From the NCBI GenBank assembly GCA_003151625.1, contig PLYC01000013.1, positions 29,210 to 93,209 of the forward strand: a stretch of DNA of 64,000 nucleotides. Reading direction: 5' to 3'. A program made the translations under genes and the position numbers. The notes under the pieces were generated by a model. That model worked only from the letters and a program-made list of their open reading frames with translations, searched no databases and had not been told where the DNA came from. Shown in pieces: positions 19,736-30,188 of the stretch. This stretch comes from Candidatus Doudnabacteria bacterium (lineage in GTDB: Bacteria > Patescibacteriota > Doudnabacteria > UBA920). Within the stretch, counting starts at the first letter, position 1; the number at the start of each line of letters is the position of its first letter.

Positions 19736-20545
19736 CTATTTTATATGGCTCGGGCAAACCACAGTGCATTTGTTATTTAAGCAAAGCGATGTAAACGGGC
19801 AGCGCGACAAGATGGCGTATTCCATGGGCGTAACACACTCGCTGTCCTGGGTGCAGGAAGTTTCAGTAATTTTTTCCAAAGAATAATTCGCAAGTGTGTA
19901 TCCTATCGGCAAGCTGTTGTTTAGGCTTTGCGGTTTTGGGGTAAGCTCGTTATTTGAATAAACCAGATACATACTTTTCCCGAGTGAAGGCCGCACGGAA
20001 AAATCTTCCCCCGGGTTCCTGTCTGCGTAATTAACAATTATTTCTCCGTTTTGGATTTGGTTATTTTGCGGCGCTATGCGGTCGCCGAGCAGTACGGCGT
20101 TTGTGCCTTTGTAGCCGCCTTCGGTCTTAATAGCCGCGGCAATGTAATAAAAGGTTCCGCTACCACCGGAGTTTTGTGTTAAAATTACGGCTGTGTCCGC
20201 AAGGCCGTCGCCGTTTATGTCGCCCTGGGTATTGGCCTCAAAAATTTTTGTAATCGTTTGGGAAGCGCCGGCGCTTGGGTCGTTTGTTTGAGCCGTGCCA
20301 TCCTTTAAAGTTACTGTTTTGCCTTCTATGGTATAGGTGGCGCTGGCTGGGTTTAGTGCTGCGACGGCCACGGTTCCGCATCCACTGGTCGGCATTTGTG
20401 CACTGGGGTGGCCATGTTGTACCCATTGTCCGTTTTGGCAGATCCAAACATCCTCGTTCATCCTAGCCGCAAACAAAGCCGCGCCAATAGCCAAAACCGC
20501 GACAACTCCAATCAAAAGTATTTTATTTTTTGTTCCAATAATCAT
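19736..20545 (-). CDS. secreted hypothetical protein
   Basis: N-terminal signal/TM; palindrome TATTCGCGCGAATA 43 bp upstream. Confidence 0.5.
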   Translation of the reverse strand: MIIGTKNKILLIGVVAVLAIGAALFAARMNEDVWICQNGQWVQHGHPSAQMPTSGCGTVAVAALNPASATYTIEGKTVTLKDGTAQTNDPSAGASQTITKIFEANTQGDINGDGLADTAVILTQNSGGSGTFYYIAAAIKTEGGYKGTNAVLLGDRIAPQNNQIQNGEIIVNYADRNPGEDFSVRPSLGKSMYLVYSNNELTPKPQSLNNSLPIGYTLANYSLEKITETSCTQDSECVTPMEYAILSRCPFTSLCLNNKCTVVCPSHIK

Positions 20546-20586
20546 TCAGTACCTTTCAATTAATTTTATCATAAATATCTGGAGCC

Positions 20587-20600
20587 TATTCGCGCGAATA
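20587..20600. promoter_or_regulatory. palindromic operator TATTCGCGCGAATA (copy 1)
   Basis: Perfect 14-bp palindrome; related copies at 20933-20946 and 22593-22606 upstream of the two ArsR genes. Confidence 0.5.
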
Positions 20601-20609
20601 GCTACCAGG

Positions 20610-20870
20610 TTACAAAAGCGCAAGAACTTGCTTGAGCAGTATGGTTTTTTGTTCCGGTAAAAAATAAAACACGTGCAAGCTTTGTTGCTGGCTGTCTACA
20701 AAATCCACCGTTGATAAAACCCTTAAATGTTTGGAGGTAGATTTAATCCCCAATTTAATTTCTCTGGCAATATCGCCCACCGAGGCTTTTCGGAAGCTCT
20801 TAAGATATTTTAGAATTGCCAGCCTTCTTTTATTTGCCAAAGCTTTGTATTGTTTTTCCAATTCCTTCAT
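20610..20870 (-). CDS. ArsR-family transcriptional regulator
   Basis: ALANKRRLAILKYL...SVGDIAREIKLGIKSTSKHLRVL winged HTH. Confidence 0.75.
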   Translation of the reverse strand: MKELEKQYKALANKRRLAILKYLKSFRKASVGDIAREIKLGIKSTSKHLRVLSTVDFVDSQQQSLHVFYFLPEQKTILLKQVLALL

Positions 20871-20932
20871 TTTAGATAAATTACGTAATTTTAGGTGGCT
20901 GCTTAATTATATCATTTTTTATATTTGGCGCA

Positions 20933-20946
20933 TATTCGCACGAATA
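20933..20946. promoter_or_regulatory. palindromic operator TATTCGCACGAATA (copy 2)
   Basis: About 60 bp upstream of the ArsR gene 20610-20870. Confidence 0.5.
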
Positions 20947-21128
20947 GTAACCAAATAACATGGAGAGTATTTTTCTTTGACATAAAAAATTAGGCGATAT
21001 ATGGTTGATGAGTAACGGATATGTACCAGGACAACCTGCTGGCTGAATTTCCCCCGGACCTTAAAAGGTTTGGCCACAAGCTTTGGCATAAAGCCCGCAA
21101 ACCTAAAATTCCGGCGCATCCCTAAAAT

Positions 21129-21159
21129 CCCCGAAAGCGCTTAGTATGCGCTTTCGGGG
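21129..21159 (-). terminator. hairpin terminator downstream of hydrolase gene
   Basis: CCCCGAAAGCGC ttagtat GCGCTTTCGGGG. Confidence 0.5.
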
Positions 21160-21230
21160 ATGCTTTATTAAAAAATCCGCTGGATCAGTATAAAACCTGA
21201 CCCAACGGCGGCGCGCCAAAAATGGCAGCT

Positions 21231-22031
21231 CTACTTTTTACGACTATGCTTACTACGCGGTTTGGGTTTTGCTTCGAGCCCAATCCGGACAGTCAGAGCC
21301 AAATGCCGGGCAATCTGCTCGTAAACTTCGGGGTTTATAACCATCCCAAGGTGTGACGACCAAACCTCGACGTCCACACCTTTTTTGCCAGTCAGACAAA
21401 ACCGCCAATCCACCAAGCCGTCGATGGTCGAAAACACGGCAGTTTGGCGTACCGACTTCGGCCATTGACGTGTCAACGAACGGCCAAAACAACAACAGCA
21501 ACGGCTGGTACCGCATACTGCGGGCAGTTTTGGATCCCGTTGGTGAATTAGGCTGTGCACCAAACCGCCAACCGTGAATACCAGCTTGTGAGCCACCAAC
21601 CCGCGAAACGGCGAGCCGAGGGTTATAACCGAAGCAATCTGCTCCGGCCAGCGGACAACGGCGGAGCGGGCAAAAATGCCGCCCAAGCTGTGACCGATAA
21701 TGTGGACGCGGCGTCCGGTTTCGACAAAAGCTTTTCCGATGGTCTCGTGAAGCTTTTCCGATAGCCTCTGCGGGCAGTCGGCCATTAAGCCGACTCCGGA
21801 AAAATAAGGGCGGTACCCAATTCGGTCCAGCCAGAGATACATCTCCAGCATGTATTCATCCAAGCCTGCAAGGCCAGGGATTAATACGACCGCGGAACCG
21901 TCCCCGTGTGGAATTCCCAATCCGTAATACGCCGGCGTAAAATGCAACACTAAAAATTCCAGCGGGAACAACAGCTCCCACCCAAACGGAGTGGGTTCCG
22001 AAAACTCTCCATGGCGCCGAAAGGCCTGCAC
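21231..22031 (-). CDS. alpha/beta-hydrolase fold protein (lipase/esterase-like)
   Basis: GHSLGG nucleophile elbow; GC-rich relative to flanks. Confidence 0.7.
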   Translation of the reverse strand: MQAFRRHGEFSEPTPFGWELLFPLEFLVLHFTPAYYGLGIPHGDGSAVVLIPGLAGLDEYMLEMYLWLDRIGYRPYFSGVGLMADCPQRLSEKLHETIGKAFVETGRRVHIIGHSLGGIFARSAVVRWPEQIASVITLGSPFRGLVAHKLVFTVGGLVHSLIHQRDPKLPAVCGTSRCCCCFGRSLTRQWPKSVRQTAVFSTIDGLVDWRFCLTGKKGVDVEVWSSHLGMVINPEVYEQIARHLALTVRIGLEAKPKPRSKHSRKK

Positions 22032-22289
22032 TTGATGTGTCGTATAAATCCCCCTTTGGACAAGTATATACCGTCAACCGGTAAAGACCTAATTTCCCAA
22101 AAAATCCGCTCATTTACGAGCGGAAAAATTCTGCTTAAGAACAAGTTGCTGTATTTTTGACATCCCAAACTTTGACAAGGCCGGATCCATAATTTAAATA
22201 AAGTTTGATGGCAAAATAGTTTTCTTTTTGCCCAGCTGGGAAATTCGCTCCTGCCCGTAGTGGACCAAAGGTTCTACTACTGGGGCAAA

Positions 22290-22550
22290 TTAGAGCTCAT
22301 CCAAAGTGGATTTAATAATGGATTTTAGAGGGCGGTTTAAGGAATAAAACATACAAAGGTTAACCTGCTCTCGTTCCAAAATATCCGCCGCGCGCAAAAT
22401 GCCAAGGTGTTTGGATGTGGCTTTAAAGGACAGTTTAATTTGTTTTGCTATGTCCCCAACCGAAGCTTTTGTAGTAGAATTTAAAAATTTTAAAATAGCC
22501 AGCCGACGGCTGTTTGCCAAAGCCTTTAAAATTTTTTCCGTTTCCTTCAT
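22290..22550 (-). CDS. ArsR-family transcriptional regulator (paralog)
   Basis: ALANSRRLAILKFL...SVGDIAKQIKLSFKATSKHLGIL; about 50 percent identical to the ArsR at 20610. Confidence 0.75.
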   Translation of the reverse strand: MKETEKILKALANSRRLAILKFLNSTTKASVGDIAKQIKLSFKATSKHLGILRAADILEREQVNLCMFYSLNRPLKSIIKSTLDEL

Positions 22551-22592
22551 AAAGTTTATATTTATATTTTAACATAAAATTATCAATTCTCA

Positions 22593-22606
22593 TATTCGCG
22601 CGAATT
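22593..22606. promoter_or_regulatory. palindromic operator TATTCGCGCGAATT (copy 3)
   Basis: About 45 bp upstream of the ArsR gene 22290-22550. Confidence 0.5.
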
Positions 22607-22720
22607 AGAGAACGGAAGGGGTGGGATGGTTTTTAATGTTTCTTGCGGGAGGGGTGTTTGGCTTCCTTATAAGACCGTTGACAAGATTAAGGTTATGCTT
22701 ATAATGGAGCGGAAGGAGGA

Positions 22721-23182
22721 TTGCGCATGTCATACGGAACTCGCGATAAACTGGAAGGCCTTTCAATGCTTGCAGAGCTCATACTGCTAATTGGGGTGAC
22801 GTTTTTGGTCTTCCGATGGACCGGCGGATTTGGGGACGCCTGGCAGTTAAGCATTTTCTGGCGGGTGTTGGCAATACCCGCTATAAGTGGCTTTGTTGTT
22901 CTCTTGCTTGGGGCCTGGGGCGTCTGGGGAGATGACGACTACATTAGAGCCCTCAACTGGCGGTGTTACTTTCCCATTCAGTTTTTAGTTTTAAGCGGAA
23001 CAAGCTTTTACGCGCTTTTTGCGCTGTTGTTCCACCACTACAAGCTACACAACCCAAAGCTGGTCGGCGCGGGCGCGGACATGTTTGTGATGTTTTTTAT
23101 TTCCGCCGCGCTGGGCTTTGGTTCGCTTTCCTTGGGCGCTTGGCTTGGGGAAAAGATTGGCAAGACGCTGGCGCGGCGCTAG
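22721..23182 (+). CDS. membrane protein (GC-rich)
   Basis: 4-TM 153-aa ORF followed by terminator 23204-23243. Confidence 0.5.
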   Translation: MRMSYGTRDKLEGLSMLAELILLIGVTFLVFRWTGGFGDAWQLSIFWRVLAIPAISGFVVLLLGAWGVWGDDDYIRALNWRCYFPIQFLVLSGTSFYALFALLFHHYKLHNPKLVGAGADMFVMFFISAALGFGSLSLGAWLGEKIGKTLARR

Positions 23183-23203
23183 CCACAGCCGGAACAAACT
23201 TCA

Positions 23204-23243
23204 GCAGCGGTCGGGACTCACTTCCCGACCGCTGTATTCTTTT
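23204..23243 (+). terminator. rho-independent terminator
   Basis: GCAGCGGTCGGGA ctcactt CCCGACCGCTG then TATTCTTTT. Confidence 0.6.
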
Positions 23244-23281
23244 AATGGGTCATGTCCCCACTGTTTTATTCATATGTTAAC

Positions 23282-23560
23282 TTACTTTTTCTTCCAAAAA
23301 CTTTTTGCCTTTTTTTCCATCGCCTTGAGCCTGGTATAATAATCAGGAAATTCGTTTAAATGCGCGAGCGCGATTTTACCGGTAAGGATATCATTATCAC
23401 CGGTCACATTGGTATGTGGATCTACTGTACCGTGCTCCAGCTCCACTATAAGGCCCATTCTAAATTGATTAATGTCAAACTTATCCCACAAAATGCCAAG
23501 TCGGCTCCCAATCCTCTTGGCGTCTTGGCTAGTGAATTTTTTGGCAATATGATGTTTCAT
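23282..23560 (-). CDS. conserved small protein (DUF5661-like)
   Basis: FRMGLIVELEHG...GKIALAHLNEFPDYYTRL; family recalled from memory. Confidence 0.45.
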   Translation of the reverse strand: MKHHIAKKFTSQDAKRIGSRLGILWDKFDINQFRMGLIVELEHGTVDPHTNVTGDNDILTGKIALAHLNEFPDYYTRLKAMEKKAKSFWKKK

Positions 23561-23787
23561 AAATTTGTGATTATAAATTATTGAAATAAAAGGCTCCCGA
23601 CCCTTTTTTCAGTTTCATTGTTTGTTTATGGCCATATTTTTAACTTTTAAAAATTTAAATTAAAGGTTCCTGACATCTTTTCTATTACATTGTACAAGCC
23701 ACCGGCCCCGGCTCCTGTTTCCCCTTCCCGCATCCCGCTGCAAGCAAAACAAAACCAACTATAATAAATAATGTTTTTTTCATAAAA

Positions 23788-24294
23788 TTACCTATTCCCT
23801 TGGACAACTCCATCCGGAGGGATAAAACTATTAAGAAGTTTTGTGTATTTCAGCTGAAGATCCTTTGAAATTTGAGGGTGGTTGAATGCCTCCATTATGC
23901 CTTGATTTTCAACAATAGTTGCAGCTTTATCAAAGTAAAAGCCTTCTGGTGTTGCAAGAAAGAGATATGACGGCTTCCATGACTCAAACATCCGTTTTGC
24001 ATCAAGAAGAATTCGGTCAGCTCTAGGCGACATCATATATTTTACTTCTATCAAATGAACCTCATGCGTTTCGTTATTAATCACAACAAAATCAGGCGCT
24101 CGTCTAATAATTTCCATTGTTTCCTGAGCATGGATGTCGCGCTGACGATGGGCCAATTCTGGCAGTACGCTTTCATAACCAAAAGCAAGTATGGTAAAGC
24201 ACCCTGTATCCCGAAGCATCTGCTCAAATAATGTCTCTGCTATCCTTCCTTTGACCAGATTTTTTGAAAAATATATTGGGTCACTATTTATCAT
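23788..24294 (-). CDS. hypothetical protein with PD-(D/E)xK-like motif
   Basis: PDFVV...HLIEVKYM resembles the D...E.K nuclease core. Confidence 0.4.
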   Translation of the reverse strand: MINSDPIYFSKNLVKGRIAETLFEQMLRDTGCFTILAFGYESVLPELAHRQRDIHAQETMEIIRRAPDFVVINNETHEVHLIEVKYMMSPRADRILLDAKRMFESWKPSYLFLATPEGFYFDKAATIVENQGIMEAFNHPQISKDLQLKYTKLLNSFIPPDGVVQGNR

Positions 24295-24415
24295 AATTCT
24301 GTTAAATTATTTTTTTAACCAATTTATACAGACTAGTTTATTATTTACCGGGTACACTAAGAGGGAAATTTTGGAAAACCTTCTTTTACAACTTCATTGA
24401 TTGCTTTTACATAAA

Positions 24416-24631
24416 TTAAAGGTTCCTGACACCTTTTCCGTTCCCTGACACCTTTTCCGTTCCTTTCTTAATCATCACGTGTCCCCGGTATTGAGCCAGG
24501 GTTGGCATAGTGTGTTCGTATCCAAACGGGATAACTGTAAATTTTTCTTCTTCTCGAAACATTTGCTCGAAAATTACTTCCGCTACCTTTCCTTTAATCA
24601 AATCTTTGGAAAATTCTATTTCATTGCGCAT
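24416..24631 (-). pseudogene. truncated paralog of gene 23788-24294
   Basis: N-terminal 60 aa align to the neighbour (FSK.L.KG..AE..FEQM.R....FT...FGYE); ORF stops early, ending in a tandem-duplicated hairpin motif. Confidence 0.45.
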
Positions 24632-24686
24632 AAATTTTTAATTACTATTTCAAATTTATAATTAATGGGTCTTGTCCCCATTTTTA

Positions 24687-25931
24687 TTATTTCTCAATAG
24701 TTTTGTTGGTTTCGTAAAGCTCTGCAAATTTAGCTGTCATTGTAGGATTGCCGCGCGTTAGCCTTTTGATTGTCAGGTCTTCTGCTTTATTATTAGCGAG
24801 ACGAAGGTTATTTTCAGAAGACAGGAGAGCCTCTTTGGTTTTTTGGAGATGGTCGATGGTTTTGTCGATTTCACCTACGGCTGTTTTAAAGCGACTAGAG
24901 GCAAGCTCAAAATTTTTGTTAAAACCATCTTTGAACTTATTCATATTTTCCTCAAAGTTGGTGATGTCGATATTTTGGTTCCTTACCAAGGCAAGCTCAG
25001 CTTTATATTTAAGGGAGTTCATGGCCGCGTTGCGTAGCAGTGTTATTATAGGGATGAAAAATTGTGGGCGAACTACATACATTTTGGGATATTTGTGGGA
25101 GACATCGACGATGCCAGTGTTATATAGCTCATTCTCGGCTTCCAGCAGTGTAACAAGGACAGCGTACTCACACTTCTTCTCTGTGCGATCTTTGTCGAGC
25201 TCTTTGAAGTAGTCTTCATTCTTATGTTTGGTTGCAGTGGTGTCTTGCTCATTCTTCATTTCAAACATAATGGAGATAATTTCGTTGCCGGATTCGTCGG
25301 CCTCGCGGTATATATAGTCGCCTTTACTGCCAGTTCTGGAATCATTATCCTTTTCAAAGTATGCATTTTGGAAGCCCGTAGCACGGAGTTTATTAAACTC
25401 AGTCTCACAATGCTGCTCTAAGGTTTCGCCAACCATTTTAGTACTGAGTTTTAATTTAACGTCCTTATAGCGTTCGATCATTTCGTCTTTTAGTCTCAAT
25501 TCGTTTTCATATTTTTCTTTTTGTGAGGATACAAGAAGTTGATTTTCACTATCTTTGCTTTGGAGCTTAGCGGTGAGGCCATCACGTTCTTTTTCGACAG
25601 AATTGACCGCTTCGGTGATGGCAAGTTTTTTCTCAAGCGCTGCATTGTTGATTTTTGATTTCATTTCGGCTATTTCGGTATCCTTCTTTGCAAGGTTTGT
25701 TTGTAGCGCATTTTTAAAATTAGCCTCCGCAAACTCTACGGCATTTTCTTTATCTTTTTCGAGAATTTCCATACGCTCATGCAGTTCTTTTTCAAACTCA
25801 TGGTCGTGGATCTGCTTTAGAATATCGGCAAATCCTGCCTCGTCTACCTTGAAAGTTTTTTTACAATGTGGACATATAATTTCATTCATATTGATTATTT
25901 TAATTTTAATTTGTACCCCGTTGCCTAACAA
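24687..25931 (-). CDS. Zn-ribbon plus coiled-coil protein (DUF2130-like)
   Basis: N-terminal CPHCKKTF zinc ribbon; long coiled-coil middle. Confidence 0.5.
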   Translation of the reverse strand: MLGNGVQIKIKIINMNEIICPHCKKTFKVDEAGFADILKQIHDHEFEKELHERMEILEKDKENAVEFAEANFKNALQTNLAKKDTEIAEMKSKINNAALEKKLAITEAVNSVEKERDGLTAKLQSKDSENQLLVSSQKEKYENELRLKDEMIERYKDVKLKLSTKMVGETLEQHCETEFNKLRATGFQNAYFEKDNDSRTGSKGDYIYREADESGNEIISIMFEMKNEQDTTATKHKNEDYFKELDKDRTEKKCEYAVLVTLLEAENELYNTGIVDVSHKYPKMYVVRPQFFIPIITLLRNAAMNSLKYKAELALVRNQNIDITNFEENMNKFKDGFNKNFELASSRFKTAVGEIDKTIDHLQKTKEALLSSENNLRLANNKAEDLTIKRLTRGNPTMTAKFAELYETNKTIEK

Positions 25932-26141
25932 GCTAAAATAAATTAATTAATGACTCCTGATCCATTTCTGATTTGCTAAATTAACTTAACGGCTCCTGAC
26001 CCCTTTTCCGTTCCCATCATTTATTCTAAATATTTTTTCACATCATTCGATGGAAATGAACTCATTAATTCATTATCTGGTTTTTATTTCATTGTCCAAT
26101 TTGTCATAATTTAAATAGAATTATAAAAAAATCCTTACCAA

Positions 26142-28470
26142 TCAAAGAATCTCTTGTACCACCCCTTGAACAGTATCGCCCTCCTCGGGTGTTATTGGCA
26201 TATGGCTTTTGTTTGTGCTTTTGGGTAAAAGTATTCTACGCCCACCCTTTTTATTATACATTTTAATTGTTACATTATCACCCAGCAAAGAAACAACCCT
26301 ATCTCCCGAATAAGCTTTTATTTGTTGCCGACACAAAACTAAATCACCGTCCTCAATTCCGGCCAAATTCATTGAATCCCCGCTAGCTCGTAGTACAAAA
26401 TAATTATAACCAGACTTTATTTTAGTCGCGTTAACGTCAATGTAACCTTCGGTATTTTCTTCTGCATAAAAAGGATTACCACATGGTGCCATGCCTAATA
26501 TCGGTACCCTAAATGTTTTTTTGACAAATTCTTCCACAAGCTGTTTAAATGGTTGCTTTTCGTGCGAAACATCAAAACCCTCTAGTCGACTTTTAAAATA
26601 TTTTTCAGTTTCTTTATTTGTAAAATATACGTAACAGCCTTTCATTCCTCGCGACATAAGAACACGGTAAATATTTTTTACATGTTTTTCAAAATTTTCT
26701 TTATTCCTTTTTAACATCGGATCAGACGTTGCTTTTATGTCAGCTTCGAGTTTACTTTTTTCTGGATTGTATATTAAATCGTCCCCAACTATAACGCCAA
26801 TATAATCAAATTCAAAACCTTGGGCAGTGTATATACAGCCAACTTGCTTAATCCCTTCTGGTTTGTATGCCCACTCAAACCATTTTGCGTAACCTGTTGG
26901 TGGCTTGATTTTATCATGGGTCTCCCAAGGCATTGAAAAATTTCCTATTTTTACATCTTTTACCAATTCTCCTTTTTCGTCTAATTCTTGCGACCATGGC
27001 CAACAGAAGCCGGCTACAAGACGAGCAAAATTTCCTTTTTTTGGATTTTCTTTCTTCCCCATTTTTTCTTTCTCTAAAAGTACAGCATATAAATCCTCAG
27101 GCGTGTCAAAAATTTTAAAATCGAACTTTTCCGTTTTTGAAAGCATTAACCTTTCTTGACTATATCCGAGCGTTGATTCCAGCCAGCTTAAATAATTATT
27201 TGATCCCATGCAACGAAATTGAGTTTCTAGAGTTATTTCGTCTATAGAACAATTAAATTTTTTTGCCGTTTCTCTAATGAGCTCTACGCTTCCTATCTCA
27301 AGTGACCTTATATTTTGCATATCATCAATAAAAAAGACCGATGTTTTTGCAAAACGAATTATTTGATCAATTTGTGGCATATCCGTTCGATGTTCGCGAG
27401 GTGTAAACTGATTATTGCTAGTTTTTCCAATTCTATGTGCTTCGTCAATCAATACTAAATCTCCCTCATTTTCCTTAACCTTTGACGGAATAAACCTATT
27501 TAAATTGGAAATTAATTTTTCTGCTTCTCCGCCCACTAAATTTACAAGGCCGCTAATAAAAGGCTTCGATTTACAAGCATAAAATGCTTTTAAATTTCTT
27601 TTTGTTGCTTCTGCTAAAATATTTAAAGCTATTACAGATTTTCCTGTACCGGGACCGTCGTGTATAATTATGACTGCTTTTTTTTTCTTTTTGTGTCTTT
27701 CTTATCTTTGACCAAATTACATTTTTTGCTACAAGTTGCTCATTTAGTAAAGAAAAAACTGCTTCATTAGAAATTATTTTTGAAACATTTTCCAAGAGTT
27801 TTTTTGAAGGTGTTATAGGACTTTGCATAAATCTATTAAACACCTCGAATCCGTCACCTTTTGAAAGAAGATATTTTATCTTGTCTGCTAATAATTGGGT
27901 ATCATTTTTTGTATAAATAGGAAAATCTCTAACGATATCTTTATAGATAGGTGCAAAAAGGCCCTCATCATCTTGTTTGGGGTAATTATGACAATATGCG
28001 CAACTAAATAGACAAAGAGGTTGGTTCGTCTCAAATTCTGCAATAAAACTTTTTAAATATCCTTCATAACCTTTTACCTGTTGTGATGGATGTGGGACTA
28101 TCCTTGTATTACCGCCTGTATATGTCTCAACGAAGTTACCTTCATCTTCAAGGGTTTGAACACTTGACCATTGTTTTAATTCTATAAGGACAGTATTGTC
28201 ATTATCTGCCTCGTCTTTACCAAAAAGTAAACAATCAATTCTGTTTTGATTGTATGGTACTTCATATTCGAGTGCGACATTAATGTCTTGTAAATCTGCT
28301 ATTTCAATCAAATCCTTAACTCTTGGTAAAGAATTTTGCCAGGAATTAATTTGGCTTTGCCCCGACCTTACTCCAAAAGAAGCCAAAAAAGCGTCGGACA
28401 TTTTATCTGTAAGAACGTTATTTCTAATATCATTACAGAAAGTTTTGGCATCAGCTTTGTATATCAACAT
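26142..28470 (-). pseudogene. DUF2075-family nuclease/helicase fused to C-terminal LexA-like S24 peptidase domain; frameshifted in an A9 tract
   Basis: Upstream ORF (27571-28470) has the DUF2075 N-domain (EYEVPYNQNRIDCLLFG...VLIELKQW). The P-loop IIHDGPGTGKSVIALNIL lies in another frame and is restored by a -1 shift in the A9/T9 run at 27678-27686. The downstream ORF has DLVLIDEAHRI, a UvrD-like YTAQGFEFDY motif, and a C-terminal S24 domain (VLRASGDSMNLAGIEDGDLVL...TIKMY). Confidence 0.7.
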
Positions 28471-28473
28471 ATC

Positions 28474-28821
28474 CTATAGCTCAGTATACTTATTATGTTT
28501 ACCTTTTGCTTTTGCGATTGGATATTTTTTTTCATTCTTTTTCATCTTTCCGCTGAATATTTTAACCAAGTCAATATTCAAATCGTGTGCTATTAACAGT
28601 ACCCAATATAAAGTATCTGCCAATTCTTCGCCAATATCGTTTTTATGTTTTTTTACATACTCAGCTACCTCTTTTTCATTCTTCCACTGAAAATGCTCTC
28701 CAACTTCTGCAGCCTCTAACATCAAAGACAAAGCCAAATCTTTCGGTTTATGGAATTGTTTCCAATCTCGGGCGTCTCGGAAAGCAATTATTTTTTTTGT
28801 TAGCTCTTTGATATCCGACAT
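28474..28821 (-). CDS. MazG-like nucleotide pyrophosphohydrolase
   Basis: All-alpha NTP-PPase motifs LMLEAAEVGEHFQWK and EELADTLYWVLLIA; stop 3 nt from the DUF2075 start. Confidence 0.75.
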   Translation of the reverse strand: MSDIKELTKKIIAFRDARDWKQFHKPKDLALSLMLEAAEVGEHFQWKNEKEVAEYVKKHKNDIGEELADTLYWVLLIAHDLNIDLVKIFSGKMKKNEKKYPIAKAKGKHNKYTEL

Positions 28822-29145
28822 AAAATTAATGACTATTAATCTTTTTCACCGATCTATAAATCATCAAAATACTACCCAGGAAAACTAAACCAAAAAATAT
28901 TTTTTGCAAATGGGTTTGGCAACAATAAATAGGGCAAACGAGAGGACGGTGAGGGGGAAATATAACTAAGGTAAGGGCAGAAATTTTTTTATGCCTTGGG
29001 GAGCCCCATCTCTGCGGACGAGGCAGGATATTTTCCGGCCAAAGGCAAATTACCTTGGAGGTAGCCGCTGGCGTTGGTGATAGGAATTTCCTGGCCTTTT
29101 AGGAAATCTTTGGTATATTGTTCGCCGTTTTCGGACATAAAGATC

Positions 29146-29451
29146 TTATTTTTCCAGATCTTCCGTTAAAATTCCCAAACTTCTTGCGGGCTTAGGCTCC
29201 TCCTTGGCCTGCTCTTTTGGGGCTGGATCAGACTTGGATTTAGGGAGGTCGTCAACATTCACCAAATCCGGTCCCCGGGTTTGCCGATTTTGATCAGCCT
29301 CGGTAAACATCCTTTTGCGGTCGTCCGGACCGATAGGCTTTTCCGTTTCTATCTTCATGGCAGCTTCAAGAGCGGCCCTTGCTTTGGCCGCCCGGGTATC
29401 CCAATGATCAGTTTCTTGATCGAATATACTGGATTGTTCTTTGGTTGGCAT
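29146..29451 (-). CDS. small charged/disordered protein (paralog of 31516-31806)
   Basis: Starts MPT, ends ILTEDLEK; upstream palindrome AAATAGCCTTAATAAGGCTATTT. Confidence 0.45.
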   Translation of the reverse strand: MPTKEQSSIFDQETDHWDTRAAKARAALEAAMKIETEKPIGPDDRKRMFTEADQNRQTRGPDLVNVDDLPKSKSDPAPKEQAKEEPKPARSLGILTEDLEK

Positions 29452-29658
29452 ATGTTTATAATTAAAAATAGCCTTAATAAGGCTATTTTACTCCTTTTTT
29501 TAGGGTTTGCCAACAAAAATTTGGTGGGTTTGACAGGTTTTTGCCAATTCTATATTTATATTAAATTAAAGGTTCCTGACACCTTTTCCGTCTATTGGAT
29601 AATTGGTCTAAAAATTTAAGGGGTATAAATATTTTTCGCTGTTTTCGGACAAAAAAAA

Positions 29659-29970
29659 TTAATTTATCCTAACCGGGTATCCGAGCTCACATTCAGCAAG
29701 GAAGGCTTCCCGATAAACTTTATATTCGGCATCAGGCATACCGGAACCAACCTCCGCGCTTAACTTATCGGCCGCTTGTTTGATAATTTCCTCCGGCACC
29801 CGGTATCCCGGTTGGACTGGTATGTCTTTATTTTGGTGGAAAAAATTTTTCATGTAAGCTATCGCATCGCTTCTCGCCACTTCGGCCACGGCTTCCACAA
29901 GTTCTTTCCACTCTTGTGTTTGCTCTATTTCGTCCGAAAACGACTCAAAATCCGGATCGCCTTCTTTCAT
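29659..29970 (-). CDS. hypothetical acidic protein
   Basis: 103-aa ORF. Confidence 0.45.
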   Translation of the reverse strand: MKEGDPDFESFSDEIEQTQEWKELVEAVAEVARSDAIAYMKNFFHQNKDIPVQPGYRVPEEIIKQAADKLSAEVGSGMPDAEYKVYREAFLAECELGYPVRIN

Positions 29971-30188
29971 AAATATCTAATTAATAATACTCCAATTTTG
30001 CTTTAATTTCATGGGTTTTATCTTAGTTCTGGATCCCGGCTCCCAGCCTTCGCTAAAGCTACGGCGGGCAGGCGGAGGCCAGGATGACACAATCTAAGTA
30101 TATACCCGGGAATATACTTTTGTAAAAAGTAAAAAAAAAGGCAGACTGCGCGACAGCCTGCCTCGATACGCTATTATTTTGTACACCG

